DNA of 64,000 nucleotides from assembly GCF_009914755.1 (NCBI RefSeq), contig NC_060926.1; one strand, written 5' to 3'. This DNA comes from the human T2T-CHM13v2.0 reference genome, Homo sapiens. The notes below the pieces were generated by a model, which saw nothing but the letters and a program-made list of their open reading frames with translations, did no database searches and was not told where the DNA came from. Position numbers and translations under genes: made by a program. This document shows positions 29,819 to 41,800 of this stretch, piece after piece (the stretch's first letter is position 1; the number at the start of each line of letters is the position of its first letter).

Positions 29819-30008
29819 GGGAAGTTCTGTGCTCTCTGGGCCACAGCCTGGCACTACGCCTCCGATACAGGCAATTCTGTCTTCTCGCCGTCCCCTGCAC
29901 AGTCTTCAGGGCCTGCTCAATGCCACCTCCCCATGACGCCTGCCCACGGTGCCCCAGCTGAAAGCCTCACAGCACCACCCAACTGGCCCAGACCCTCTGT
30001 GGATGCAT
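29819..30008 (+). repeat. Left arm of inverted duplication 1
   Basis: Reverse complement of 30566-30757; about 21 differences in about 185 bp by hand alignment. Confidence 0.95.
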
Positions 30009-30530
30009 CTTAGGGCAGACTCTGCCTGCTGAGACCCTTCGAAGGTGCTCCTCCATGTTTCCCTGGGGTCCTCAAGCCAGCTGTGACCTGGGATTATGCC
30101 ACAGGCCAGAGAGCTGATTCAACCCCTCCTCGGGGCAGCGCTTCTCAACTTTTCACTGTGATTATCATCATCACCCCCTAAGAAGAAAAACTGAGATTAA
30201 TTTTAAGAGAGAAATTAAGGAAACGAATAGGAAAAGCAGTAGAGATTGTTAAAGCTGTTCACAGAAAAGAGAAGTAATGTCAGTGACGATGTCAGATGTG
30301 CAGTAATTTAATTTAATTAGAGAGAAATTAAGCACTGAGGAATGAGTTTGCCATGTAGGACCAAGGCCTGGAGGCCATGGACCATTGTAAAATCTGTTGA
30401 TTTGCACTCCCAGGAACCAATCTTCTCTCCCTGGAGGACGATATCACCCTGTTGAAAATGCACGCCATAGAGGAGAAATTCAAGTGAACAATTATGTTAA
30501 AATGTGGCCTTGACAAGACCTTTCCCCCAG

Positions 30531-30570
30531 CCACACGTCCCCACGTCCCCACGTCCCCACGTCCCCACGT
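30531..30570. repeat. (CCCCACGT)n 8-mer tandem repeat, about 5 copies
   Basis: ccacacgtccccacgtccccacgtccccacgtccccacgt abuts the inner edge of the IR1 right arm. Confidence 0.9.
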
Positions 30571-30757
30571 GTTCGCAGACGGTTTGGGCCAGCCGGGTGG
30601 TGCTGTCAGGCTTTCAGCTGGGACACCATGGGCAGGCGTCATGGGGAGGTGGCATTGAGCTGGCCCTGAAGGCTGTGCAGGGGAGGGCGAGAAGACAGAA
30701 TTGCCCTTTCCCGGAGGGGTAGTGCCAGGCTGTGGCCCAGGGAGCTTGGAACTTCCC
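30566..30757 (-). repeat. Right arm of inverted duplication 1
   Basis: Reverse complement of 29819-30008; also visible as the near-identical peptides QFCLLA.PCT.FRA.SMPPPHDACP.CPS on opposite strands in the ORF track. Confidence 0.95.
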
Positions 30758-31914
30758 ACAGTCCACAGAAGGCGGCCTAGTTCCCCACTTCTCACAGCTC
30801 TCCAAGATCTGGAGCGCAGCGCCACCTCCTCCCCAACTCATCCCCAAGCCCAGCCTTGGCCCGGCATTCCTCCCAAGGTTCCCACCACTGCTTCAAACTC
30901 AGTTTGCCCCAAACTGTGAAGCACCTCTGCTTGAGCAGAGGAAAAATACTTCCAAATGCCTTCCCAGAAAACAGGGAAGAGCTTTCCCCCAGAAGATAGG
31001 ATCCCTGTATTGGAACAGAGCTCTGCTGTCCCCAGGACCCTACCTTCCCCAGGTTCTGATGGACAACCCTGTGCCCACATAGGGCTAGGCCATCCCAGCC
31101 CCCGCGGTATGGAGGAGGTTAACCGAAATGTGAAACTGGGTAACAGCTCACAGTTTTATAGTCCCTGTAATTATTTACCAATTAAAAAGAACCACAACTG
31201 TTTATCATAGGGCTGCGTGCATATTAATGGCCGGCAGGCTATTCGTGTGATGCTTCTGCTGGGGAAACTCAATATTACTTGATGCCTTACTACAGAGCTT
31301 TCTGACAGGGCTTTAAACATCAATCAATTATTTAAAGTCCCACATATATTGACTTTTTTTAATTACAGAGCTTTCCAGAGCTGAGGGAACGTAAAGGAAG
31401 AAAGAATGAGTTTGCTGCAAAGAACACTCCATTTGTCTTAGATTTTGATCTATTTCCCTTCTGCTTTATTAAGACCTCGCTTTGTTTTATAGATCCTATG
31501 ACCAGGTGTCGATTTGTTTCCAAGACATGGTGCTTGATTATTTTTTCTTGGGACAGGAGCCTCTCCACCTTAATTGGCATTCTGGGAGGGATGGAGCCTT
31601 CTGGAGAGGGCGTGCATTCTGAGCAGTTCAATGTTGCTTCTGCAGTGCTGGAGGCCCCAGGTAGCCTCCCTGATCCACAACGTTCACTCTGGTTCTATTG
31701 GGAATATCACACCATGGAAGGGGATAACAAGAGCGTGCAGGTCTGTCTCCAAAGAGAGGACCATAGCTACACATTAGAAAATAGAGCTACATTTATGAAA
31801 ACTTTATATACGAGATGTGATTTAAAAGACAGCCAAGGGAAATACAAGGGGCAGTGTTTCTGCGTCTGAGAGCAGCCTGCAGTCCAGCAGTCAGGCAAGC
31901 TCACTGACTTCTAA

Positions 31915-32640
31915 CATCGAGCCTTGTCCTAGAAACTGGAAACACGATGTGGATGAGGGAGAGCGGCTGCCCTCAAAGAGCTTTCAGTCTACTGGGTAAA
32001 GGTAGCCAATAAACACTTAAGCAGATAAAGAGGATAATTTCAGATATGGAGAAGCTGAAATGGGTGTCATGGAGAGGTGAGGGAGGTGCTATTAGGGGTG
32101 GCCAAGGACAGCCTCGCTGAGATGGTGACATCTGAGGAGAGGCCTGAATAACAAGAAACAGGCAATCGTGTGCAGAAGTGAGAGAAAGTCACACCAATGG
32201 CAGGAATAGCAGATGCCAAGGCCCTGAGACAGGATGTGGCATGTTTGAGAGAGACAAGAAGGTGCGTGTGGATGGGCATGAGGCCAGAGTGTGGGCAGTG
32301 TCCAAGGCACGCAGAGCCCTACAGGGCACCGCGAGAAGGCTGTGCTCTCTCTCCTGGGCATCAGAAGAGGCCTCCGGAAGGCTCCAGCAGGGGCATCCAG
32401 GATCTCCTTTGTGCATAGAAACAGCACGCTGGCTGCTGGACAAGAAATGGACCCCAGCAAACAAGATGGGGTGGGGAGCCCAGTAGAGATGCTACCACCA
32501 TAACCCAGGTGAAAGGTGTGCTGGGCTGGACCAGGTGGGCACAGTGAGGAGCATTTATGGCCAAGATATATTTTGAAGATGGAGTCAAGTGGACTCTGAG
32601 GACCAAAGACAGGCATGGCAGAGCTGGGCAGGGAATTGGC
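31915..32640 (-). mobile_element. L2 LINE fragment
   Basis: 'ctgccctcaaagagctttcagtctactggg', 'gagatggtgacatctgag', 'ggaatagcagatgccaaggccctgagacagga', 'gatatattttgaag'. Confidence 0.75.
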
Positions 32641-32744
32641 TCTTACCCTGGGCCAGGGAGCAGCTGGGAGGCCATGGGAGCAGGAGTATATCTGGCCCCG
32701 GGTCCCCAACATGAGTCTCTGCAGCCCCTGCCTTAAAAATATAG

Positions 32745-33225
32745 TGTATTAATAGAAAATCCAAGGCATATGAAGCCCAGCAGACCAGGAGGTGACTGCC
32801 ATTAGATAGTCTGTACTCACAGTTCCCAGAGGAGGCACATCACCCACACTGGGACACGGAGAAACACGGAGGTGGGTCAGGAGGCAGAAGGAGGGGAAAC
32901 ATGGGCAGGAGTCTTCACTGTGGTTTTGTGGGAAGAAAGAGGAGAGGCAAGGGTCCGCGGGTCCAGGACTGGCTGCTTTGCATAACCTCGGGGCTCTGTT
33001 CTGCAGCAGCTGTCCCTAGTTCTCTGACCTGGCTTTGGGGTGACTAGGGAAGGGGGACAGTGGCCTGGAGTATGAGAGTCCCGTAGAGGAGTGAGTAAGA
33101 CTCTGGATTGCTTGGTTCGCATGGGAAAGGCACAGAGTTGTTCCCTGTCTCTAGGAACTGACACCCTGGGAGGAGCTGTCCCTTCAGTGTCAGCAAGACA
33201 CTAGATGTCAAAGCCTCAGAATACA
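32745..33225 (-). mobile_element. MER74-type ERVL solo LTR
   Basis: Reverse complement starts TGTATTCTGAGGCTTTGACATCTAGTGTCTTGCTGACACTGAAGGGACAGCTCCTCCCAGGG, as recalled for MER74A/B. Confidence 0.75.
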
Positions 33226-33578
33226 GACCCTAGAAGGCAGGATGCACACAGCCTCCCACCTGGCCTCTGCCTCTGCCCTGCCCACCTGAGTGCACCCTGC
33301 CTTGGGCAGCTTGCTTTCCCACACTAAGGCGCACTCCTAGAGAGCCCTGGCCCTCCCTTCCTCCTGCCTGTTCCCCAGCTGCAACCCAGCCCAGCCACCA
33401 CAGTCTTTTCCCACACTGCTCTACCCCCACACTTGCCCCGGCTTTCCTGGCCGGCGGTTCCGAGGCTAGCAATTACCCTAAGGGTCCAGGAAAGGAGCAC
33501 AGGGGAGAGGAACAGCAGCGTGCTCAGCTCTGCTCAGGCACGAGCCAGGACACCATGGTCCTCGAGAAATAAACTCCA

Positions 33579-33915
33579 GGCCGGGTGCGGTGGCTTACGC
33601 CTGTAATCCCAGCACTTTGGGAGGCGGAGGTGGGCGGATGACCTGAGGTCAGGAGTTCAAGACCAGCCTGGCCAACGTGGCCGTCTCTACTAAAAATACA
33701 AAAATTATCCAGGCGTGGTGGCATATGCCTGTAATCCCAACTACTTGGGAGGCTGAGGCAGGAGAATTGCTTGACCTCCAGGAGACGGAGGTTGCAGTGA
33801 GCTGAGATCACACCATTGCACTCCAGCCTGAGCAACACGAGTGAAACTCTGTCTCAAAAAAAAAAAAAAAAAAAAAAAAGAAAGAAAGAAAAAGAAAAGA
33901 AAAAGAAAAAAGAAA
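33579..33915 (+). mobile_element. AluS with long A/(GAAAA)n tail
   Basis: Dimer with a small internal deletion; TSD AGAAAT(A/G)AACTCC. Confidence 0.95.
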
Positions 33916-34899
33916 AGAAATGAACTCCCCACACATCCAGCGCCCCAGGCTCTAACAGCCAGGGCTGGCAATTTAGTTAGGGCACAGAAGGCCCACTGCA
34001 GCCTCGCCTGGGGATGCGCTATACTGTTCCTAGGAGGATGGACTCCACGCTTCTCAGTTTGAGGTCCTGTGACAGCAGCAGACCTCTGGCCAAGGTCTTC
34101 TCAGCTTCTAGCTGGCCAGGTATGATGGCACGTCTGGCTTAAGGCCCACGGGGACCCTCCTCAATCCTTTCTCACACCTCAGCCGCGGCCACTTCACCCC
34201 TCCCAGCCTCCCTAGCACAGGGCTCCATCAGGGGCTGTGTGGCTGCGTGTGGCTGCGTGTGGCAGGTGAAGCAGGTGAGGTCTGGGAGGGTGGCGCCCAG
34301 TCCCAGCTGAGCACTTGCTCAGTGTACTGACCTTCTTTGCACTCTCTCTCCCCAGCCTGATTTCAGAGCCATTTTAGATGGGGAGGATTCGCCTACTATA
34401 TCCAGCCGGGCTGTGGGTACCAGGAAAGGGATTGAAGAAACATTCTGTCTAGGGCCGAGGAGCAGCTCCCAGTCTGCAGCCCCCACGAGTGCAGAGGCTT
34501 TGTGCTCTGCAGGTGTTCATCCGCAAATGAGGAGCGGTACTGGCTCCGCCTCTGTGGAGAATCAGGACAAAAGCCTTCAGGACACAGAAGGATACAGTTA
34601 TGCATATGTGTATTAATAACGAACGGATTTGTGAGCCGAGTCCTCAAAGGGGATTATCCTGGGGACGGGGTTTCCAGTGCATTTGCTCTGAGGTCTTGTC
34701 TTTGGCTACTGCTGCATGTCGGAGACAAAGTTCAAGCATGAGGGATAAACGTAAACCTCGGATCTTACTGTTTTCTTCTGGAAGGTGGGCCTCCGTCCTG
34801 TCCACATTCTTGCAGAGCAGTGAAGCTGGAAAGTCTTCTGATTAAGCAAGTCTCTCCTCACACCCGAAGCACATTTGTTCCTGGGGTAGGACGTGGGAA

Positions 34900-35090
34900 G
34901 TCAGTGTTGGACTAAGGGACCTGGCTCACACTCCAGGTGAACTTGGAAGAACTTGTAACCCCCATCTCCGTTTCCCCCATGTATTAAGTGAGGGCTTTAA
35001 CACCTGTCTTTCAAACCTTACACAAGTGTTGTGAGGTTCAAATAAGAACATAGGAAGCATGAACCTACATGATAAATGAATGGAACCATT
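34900..35090 (+). mobile_element. MIR fragment
   Basis: 'ccgtttcccccatgtattaagtgaggg...tgttgtgaggttcaaataaga'. Confidence 0.55.
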
Positions 35091-36019
35091 AACTGTCAAA
35101 TGCAATTAGCAGATTCTTAGTCAATAAAATTTACTGTGGACAAACGAATGACCTAGGATCCCCACTCCCCCTACACACACACACAAAATTGACTTTAGCT
35201 AAAAGAAAAAAGCATTTCTATGTTGTAGTATTAGGTAGGTCAGCCAGCCTATCTCTGTGTGTAATTCATCCTATAAGCAACTAAACCACATAGATTCCCA
35301 TGAATATGTGTGGATTCTGATAACAGTGTCAAGATACAACTATTCCATTGGAAAGACACCCCAGCCATGATACCAACAGCGTCCCGGATCCTCCCTCCTT
35401 ACCCCAAGATCGCTGTGGCCAAAGTCCTCCTCTAGAACTTTCTTGACAACCTCTTTTCCATCAGAGTCTTCATTATGCCCCAAAGATTATTCATGGGCCT
35501 GCTAACCATTGATTTCTATATTCAGGGGAGAAACACTTTAATTAACAGAACAATCAAAATGTGCTGGACTATTTTTCATGGCTCACATCTGCTGAAGAAA
35601 TGCAAAGTGTTAATTTAGGAAGGTATCAATGTGTCTATTGTAGATAATACAATGCGCATTGCCTGGTACATTTTAAAGGAATTGGAGACAGGCACGGGGC
35701 ATATGCAATTATGAGCTTTGTGAAATACAGATACGACATCCTGTGTTAATAAAAACCCTGGACACCACTGAGCATGAGCAAGTGATGGAAAAGGCGCTAA
35801 TTATCACTGCAGGTTGGGGCAGTGAGCCTCAGCAGAGATGACACGGCCTTTCTGCAGGTGGGAAAGGGCTTGCTTTGGTTTTTGTTTTTCACAGAAACAT
35901 CTTTACATATAGATGAGGTCATCTTTGATGTGTGCAGAGACCATCCTGAGGGCCTTTCCAGGCATCCTGGGCCACCACGCAGCCTCCTACCTCCAGTGAG
36001 ACCCTCCCATCCATTCCTC

Positions 36020-36251
36020 ACCTGAAGGCGCCTTCTTGCTGCGCCTCACATAGCGGGAGGAGACAGTGAGCTTTCTGGGGCCTCTTTTAAAAGGGCATTG
36101 ATCCCATTCTCAAGATTCTCAAGGGCCCCACCCTCGCAAGAACCCAATCACTTCCCAGAGGCCTGAAGGCCCCACCTCCTAATGCCTTCACCCTGGGGGT
36201 TAGATTTCAACATGGAAATTCTGGGAGAACACAAGTATTCAGTCCATAGCA
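36020..36251 (-). mobile_element. MaLR LTR fragment (MLT1A/MST-like)
   Basis: 'ggccccacctcctaatgccttcaccctgggggttagatttcaacatg..attcagtccatagca'. Confidence 0.75.
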
Positions 36252-37537
36252 GAGGGCCCCACAGTGTCACCTGTGCCAGGCCCACAGCAGGTCCTCCAGA
36301 AACGTTCGTGGAATAAATGAATAATCAAGCGAATGGGGGAGCCCTTGAACAGAGCCAGCTCAAGTCTCTGACCAGTTCCTAGGGGCTCCACATGAGGCCG
36401 GCCTGTGAACACAATGACAAGCTAACATCTGTTTAGAGTAGAAGGGGGAGTAGCCTGGGCGGGTGTCCAGAGGCAGCACTGGCCAAGCCTGAGCTCCACC
36501 TGCAGGAAGGAGTGGACCCGCAGAGCTCTCCCACTGCTAACCCAGGCTGAGGGACAGCTTGAATCAACACAGCAGTGAGCCCGCGGCAGGCCCAGGAAGG
36601 CTGATGGCCAATGTTCCACTCTAAGAAATGTTTCCTCCTTCTCTTATGAGTAGATAAACAAGCATGACTGTCCTTCTGTGTGACTGGGCCACTGCGGTGG
36701 GAGGGGATCTAAATAAAGAGGAGTAGATTGTCCCAGAACATTAGCTGGAGGTGTTGCTAGGGTCAAAGCTCCACAAAGTACCTGAATGCAGGAAGAGGGG
36801 ACAGAGCAGCAAAGCCCAACCCAGGGCCAGCTTTCCTGAGAGAAGAACAGGATCCAGGAAGAGTCCAAAGACGCCATACAGGAACAGGGCTATTGATATT
36901 AGTTAAATAATAACATGAGAGGGCCCATGGCCCTCAACAAGTAAGGGCTCCTGTAGGTGAGGCTTCCTGCAGGTGAGGGAGAAAGAGAATGGGAGAAAAT
37001 ATCTGCAAATCATTTATCTGATAAGGGACTTGTATCCAGATATATGAAGAACTCTTACAGACCAATAAGAAAAAGTTAAATAGCCCAATTTTTAAAATGG
37101 GCAAAGAATCTGAATGAACATTTTTCCAAAGAAGAGATACAAATGGCTAAGCACATTAAAAAAATTAACATCATTAGTCACTAGGGAAATGCAAATCAAA
37201 ATCACAGTGAGATTCCATTTCACACCCATTTAGGATGGCAGTACTCAGAAAAATAAAATAACAAGTGTTGTGCAGGATGTGGAGAATTTGAACCCTCGTA
37301 CATTGCCTGTAGGAATATAAAATGATACAGCCACCATGGAAAACAGTATGGCTGTTCCTCCAAAAGTTAAACATAGAATTACCATTTGATCCACCTATTC
37401 CCCTCCTATGTACATACATACCCAAAAGAATAAAAACAGATACTCAAACAAATACACATACACCCATGTTCATAGCAGCACTCTTTACAGTAGCCCAAAG
37501 GTAGAAACAGCCCAAATGTCCATCAATGGATGAACAG

Positions 37538-37874
37538 TGATATGATTTGGCTCTGTGTCCCCACCCAAATCTCATCTCAAATTGTAATCCCCAGGTGTCA
37601 AGGGACAGACCTGTTGGGAGGTGATTGGATCACAGCGGTGGCTTCCCCCATGCTGTTCTCATGAGACCTGATGGTTTTAAAAGTGGCAGTTTCCCCTGCG
37701 CTCTCTCTCTCTCCTGCCATCTTGTGAAGAAGGTGCTTGCTTCTCCTTCCCATGATTGTAAGTTTCCTGAGGCCTCCCGAGTCATGCAGAACTGAGTCAA
37801 TTAAACCTCTTTCCTTTATAAATTACCTAGTCTCAAGTAGTATCTTTATAGCAGTGTGAAAACAGACTAATACA
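37538..37874 (+). mobile_element. THE1 (THE1D-like) MaLR solo LTR
   Basis: tgatatgatttggctctgtgtccccacccaaatctcatc...gactaataca; 5-bp flanks aacag/aatgg. Confidence 0.9.
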
Positions 37875-38251
37875 AATGGATAATCAGATTGTGATATATC
37901 CATACTATGGAATATTATTCAGCCATAAAAAGACATGAAATACTGATACATCCTGCAACATGGATGAACCTCCAAAACAATATACTAAGTGGATGAAATC
38001 AGATACAAGAGGTCACATATTGAATGAGTCCATTTGCATGACATGTCCCCGTTAGATAAATCCATACAGACTGAAAGTAGATTGGTGATTTCCAAAAGCA
38101 GGAGGGAGGGAGAAATGGGGAGTAATTTCTTAATGGGTGTGAGGTCATAATTTGAAGTGACAAAAATGTTTTAGAACTAGATAGAGGTGCTGGTTGCAGA
38201 GCATTGTGAACGGGTGTACCAAATGCCACTGAATTGTTGACTTTAAAATGA

Positions 38252-38620
38252 TGTATTAGTCCATTTTCACACTGCTGATAGAGATACCTGAGACTGGGAA
38301 ATTTACAAAAGAAACAGGTTTAATGGACTCACAGTTCCACATGGCTGGGGAGGCCTCACAATCATGGCAGAAGGCAAGGAGAAGCAAGTCACATCTTACA
38401 TGAATGGCATCAGGCAAAGAGAGAGCTTGTGCAGGGAAAATCCCATTTTTTAAACCATCAGATCTCGTGAGACTTATTCATTATCAGGAGAACACCACAG
38501 GAAAGACCCGCCCCCATGATTCAATTACCTCCCACCAGGTTCCTCCCACGACACATGGCAATTGTGGGAGTTACAATTCAAGATGAGATTTGGGTGGGGA
38601 CACAGAGCCAAACCATATCA
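38252..38620 (-). mobile_element. THE1 (THE1B/C-like) MaLR solo LTR
   Basis: tgtattagtccattttcacactgctgat...gccaaaccatatca; TSD aatga/aatgg. Confidence 0.9.
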
Positions 38621-38879
38621 AATGGTTAACTGTTTTATATTATGGGGATTTTACCACAATACATATGTTTTTAACTATCCAGTGTGTGCAGATTATATAT
38701 GGAGGTAAGAACCACAAGAAATGAAACTGATTGTTCATAGCAAGCAGGGCCAGAGATTGGGATGGGTGGGAAGTGGGCGCTGCTTCTCATTGGAAGTCTC
38801 ACTTAACTTAGTAGCATAAAATGGAATGTATCAATTTGATGAAAATAATTTCTTATAACATGCATGAAACTAGTTTTTT

Positions 38880-41800
38880 CCCTAACATGGCAGATTAGAG
38901 GCTTTTAGCTTGCCCTGGCTACTTGGAAATAGCAAAATAGTGCATAAAGACCAACTCTGAGTTTTAACTCAAGAAGGAAAATAGGAATCCACAAAACAGT
39001 GAAGGACACCCCAGATCCTAGGGAGGAGAAGGCAGGCAGAAAGCCCCGTGACAGTATCCATCCAGCCACTGAGAAAAGTGAGTGAAGCCCCAGGACCTGC
39101 GAGGGGCAGAACACCTCCCCTATCCCCTAGGGATCCAAGCAACCCACAAAGAGGGGAGCACTTTTTCTCTCCCAAGTCCTGGAGCTGACTCAGAGACAGG
39201 CTTGGAGACACTGAGAAAGAAAGACACCTAGAAAAGCTGCAGGCATTTTCCCAGACCTGGGACTGAGAGCAGGATGGCCTTTTTAATCCAGGCTCATACA
39301 GAGTCAGTCATTCTTTGGCAACCCAGCAGCATGGCCATGCATGCATTTTGGTCTCAGGCCAGAGACTGGAGTGCTTCCTCTGGAGCAAGTTAGGGGCCTA
39401 CACAGCCAGAATTCATGGCAAGTGTGGAAAGTGCCCCAGCAGTAGGCACTGGAATTGTGATCTTCCCTGTCACAGGTCTGAGGTGGGAGGAGAGCTGCTG
39501 CAGCGTGGTTTCTCCTCGTCCCAGAGACTTGTGGCCAGCGCCTAGTTGGCAACCTATAACTGGTCTGTGCACGTCATTGCCGGGGTCCCAGCCTGCTCCT
39601 CTGGAATTGTGGTGCATCAGGACCCGCTCTTTTCCATCCCCAGGCATTCAGAGCACCTGCTCACCCAGATGAGAAGCCTGAGTTGCCCCACCCTTCCTGA
39701 GCAGAGATCCTGGTACAGGAGAGCCCTCTCTGCTTCATGCCCAGGCAGGCCGCCAGGCATCTGGAACCCACCCTCTCCTGGATTAGGAATTTAGGCAGCC
39801 ACCTGAGGTTCCCATGCAGAGCTACTTGGGGCCAAAGAGGTTTTCTAGCTCCACGCCTAGGAACATCTCTGGGCACTGGTGGCTGCCCACTGGACTCCCA
39901 CTCAGAGCTGGTGCTTGTGCCACAGCCAGCTCCTACCCATGCAAGCCACCGAGCCACTCGTTGGCTTAGAGGCCAAATGGGGCAGCACAATAGAAAATCT
40001 GCTAACACCAACGCAGAGCAATGGGGAACTAGAGGAGCTCCTGAGACTGCTGCCTCCCTGCCCCCACAAGAGGCACAGGCCTGCCCACACGCCCAGCATA
40101 TGCCACTACAACCAGCATCTGGGGAAGCCACCATACAGAGGCCACAGTAACCAAGGAACTCAGACAGGCTCTTTGCTAGTGAAAACACCCAGACCCAGAG
40201 AGCTAAGCCTTGGCCCCTAAGAGAGTGATGGACCCAGCACAGCCCGCCAAAGCCTCCCTTGAGTCAAAGGAAATGCAGGCATGACACTACCGTTGGCCTG
40301 AAACAGACTCAGAGAGGGGTCTTTCCTTGTTGCCCTCCCTCCTTAATGCACTGTTGTTGACTCAGCAGCAGCTCTTCCTGTCTGGGTTCAGGGAGGATGG
40401 GCTAAAAGAGACTGCTTCTGGGACTGCTCCAGCAGCTCCATCCTCACTGAACGTGCATTTCACCCTTCTCCATTGCCTCTGTCCCCACCCGTACCTGCCA
40501 ACTCTTAATCTTAAGCTCCACCTACTGGACAACAGCCTGAACCTGTATGCAATCAAGGAACACGTACAGTGCGTTGGCACCCTGAAAGCGCCCAGAGACA
40601 AAGCCAATGGTTCATACACAGTATACACCACAGTCATTCCTTTAAGAGAAAAAAGAGCTTAAAAATCAAGAAGCTTCATTCAAAGAATAGCAAATTCAAC
40701 ATAAAAGAAAGAAGCAGCAGCAGCAGCTCTCTCAGATAATAAGGAACCTACACAAGAACTCTAGCAATACAAAAAGCCAGAGTGTCTCATCACCTCCGAA
40801 GGATCAACACCAGCTACCAAGCAATGGATCCTAACTAGAATGAAATGTCTGAAATGACAGAGAATTCAGAATGTGGGTGGCAAAGAAACTCAATGAGCTC
40901 CAATAGAAAGCTGAAATCCAACACAAAGAAAACAGAACAAATTATCCAAGTTTTGAAAGACAGCATAACTACGTTAGAAAAGAACCAAACAGAACTTCTG
41001 GAAATGAAAATTTCACTATAGGAATTTCAAAACATAGTTGGAAGACTTAACAACAGACTAGACCAAGCAGAAGAAAGAATTTCAGAGCTCAAAGACTGGG
41101 GCTCTGAATCAACCCAGTCAGACAAAAATAAAGAAAAAAGAATGTTAAAAATGAACAAAACCTTCAAGAAACATGGGATTTTGTAAAGTCACCAAATAAA
41201 TGACTTAAGAAAAGAAGGAGCAACTTGGAAAATAGATTTGAGGATAAAATTCAGGAAAATTTTCCCAAACTTGTGAGAGAGGTCAATATGCAGATACAAG
41301 AAATCCAGAGAACTCCTGGAGATATTGTACATGATGACCATTACCAAGGCGCATAGTCATCAAACTAGCCAAGGTCAATGCAAAAGAAAAAATCTTCAAG
41401 GCAGCTAGAGAAAAGGGTCATATTACCCATAAAGGGAAATCCATCACGCTAACAGTTGACTCTCGCAGAAACCTCATAAGGCAGAAGAGATTGGGGGCCC
41501 ATTTTTAGCGTTCTGAAAGAAAGAAAATGCCAGCCAAGAATTTCGTATCCTGCCTCACTAAGCTTCATAAACGAAGGTGAAATAAACTCTTTCCCAGAAA
41601 AACAATCAGTAAGGAAAATTGTCACCACCAGACTGGCCCAACAAGAGATGCTTAAGGGAGTTTTAAATATGGTAATAAAGGAACGAACGATACTTGCTAC
41701 CATGAAAGCACACACAAGCACATAGCCCACAGACCCTATAAAGTAACTTGCTAACAACACTAGGACAGGAATGAAACCTCACATATTAATAGTAACCTTG

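Larger units (their letters stand above)
36988..38665 (+). mobile_element. L1MB-type 3' end split by two THE1 LTRs
   Basis: 'aatgggagaaaatatctgcaaatcatttatctgataaggg', 'cccaaatgtccatcaatggatga', 'aatgccactgaattgttgactttaaaatg|gttaa'. Confidence 0.85.

Noticed and set aside
29205-29961. Paired similar peptides on opposite strands (here with 30328-30847; also 55121-55642 with 56614-57012) suggesting paralogous genes
   Set aside because: Explained by the DNA-level inverted duplications; similarity stops at the arm edges.
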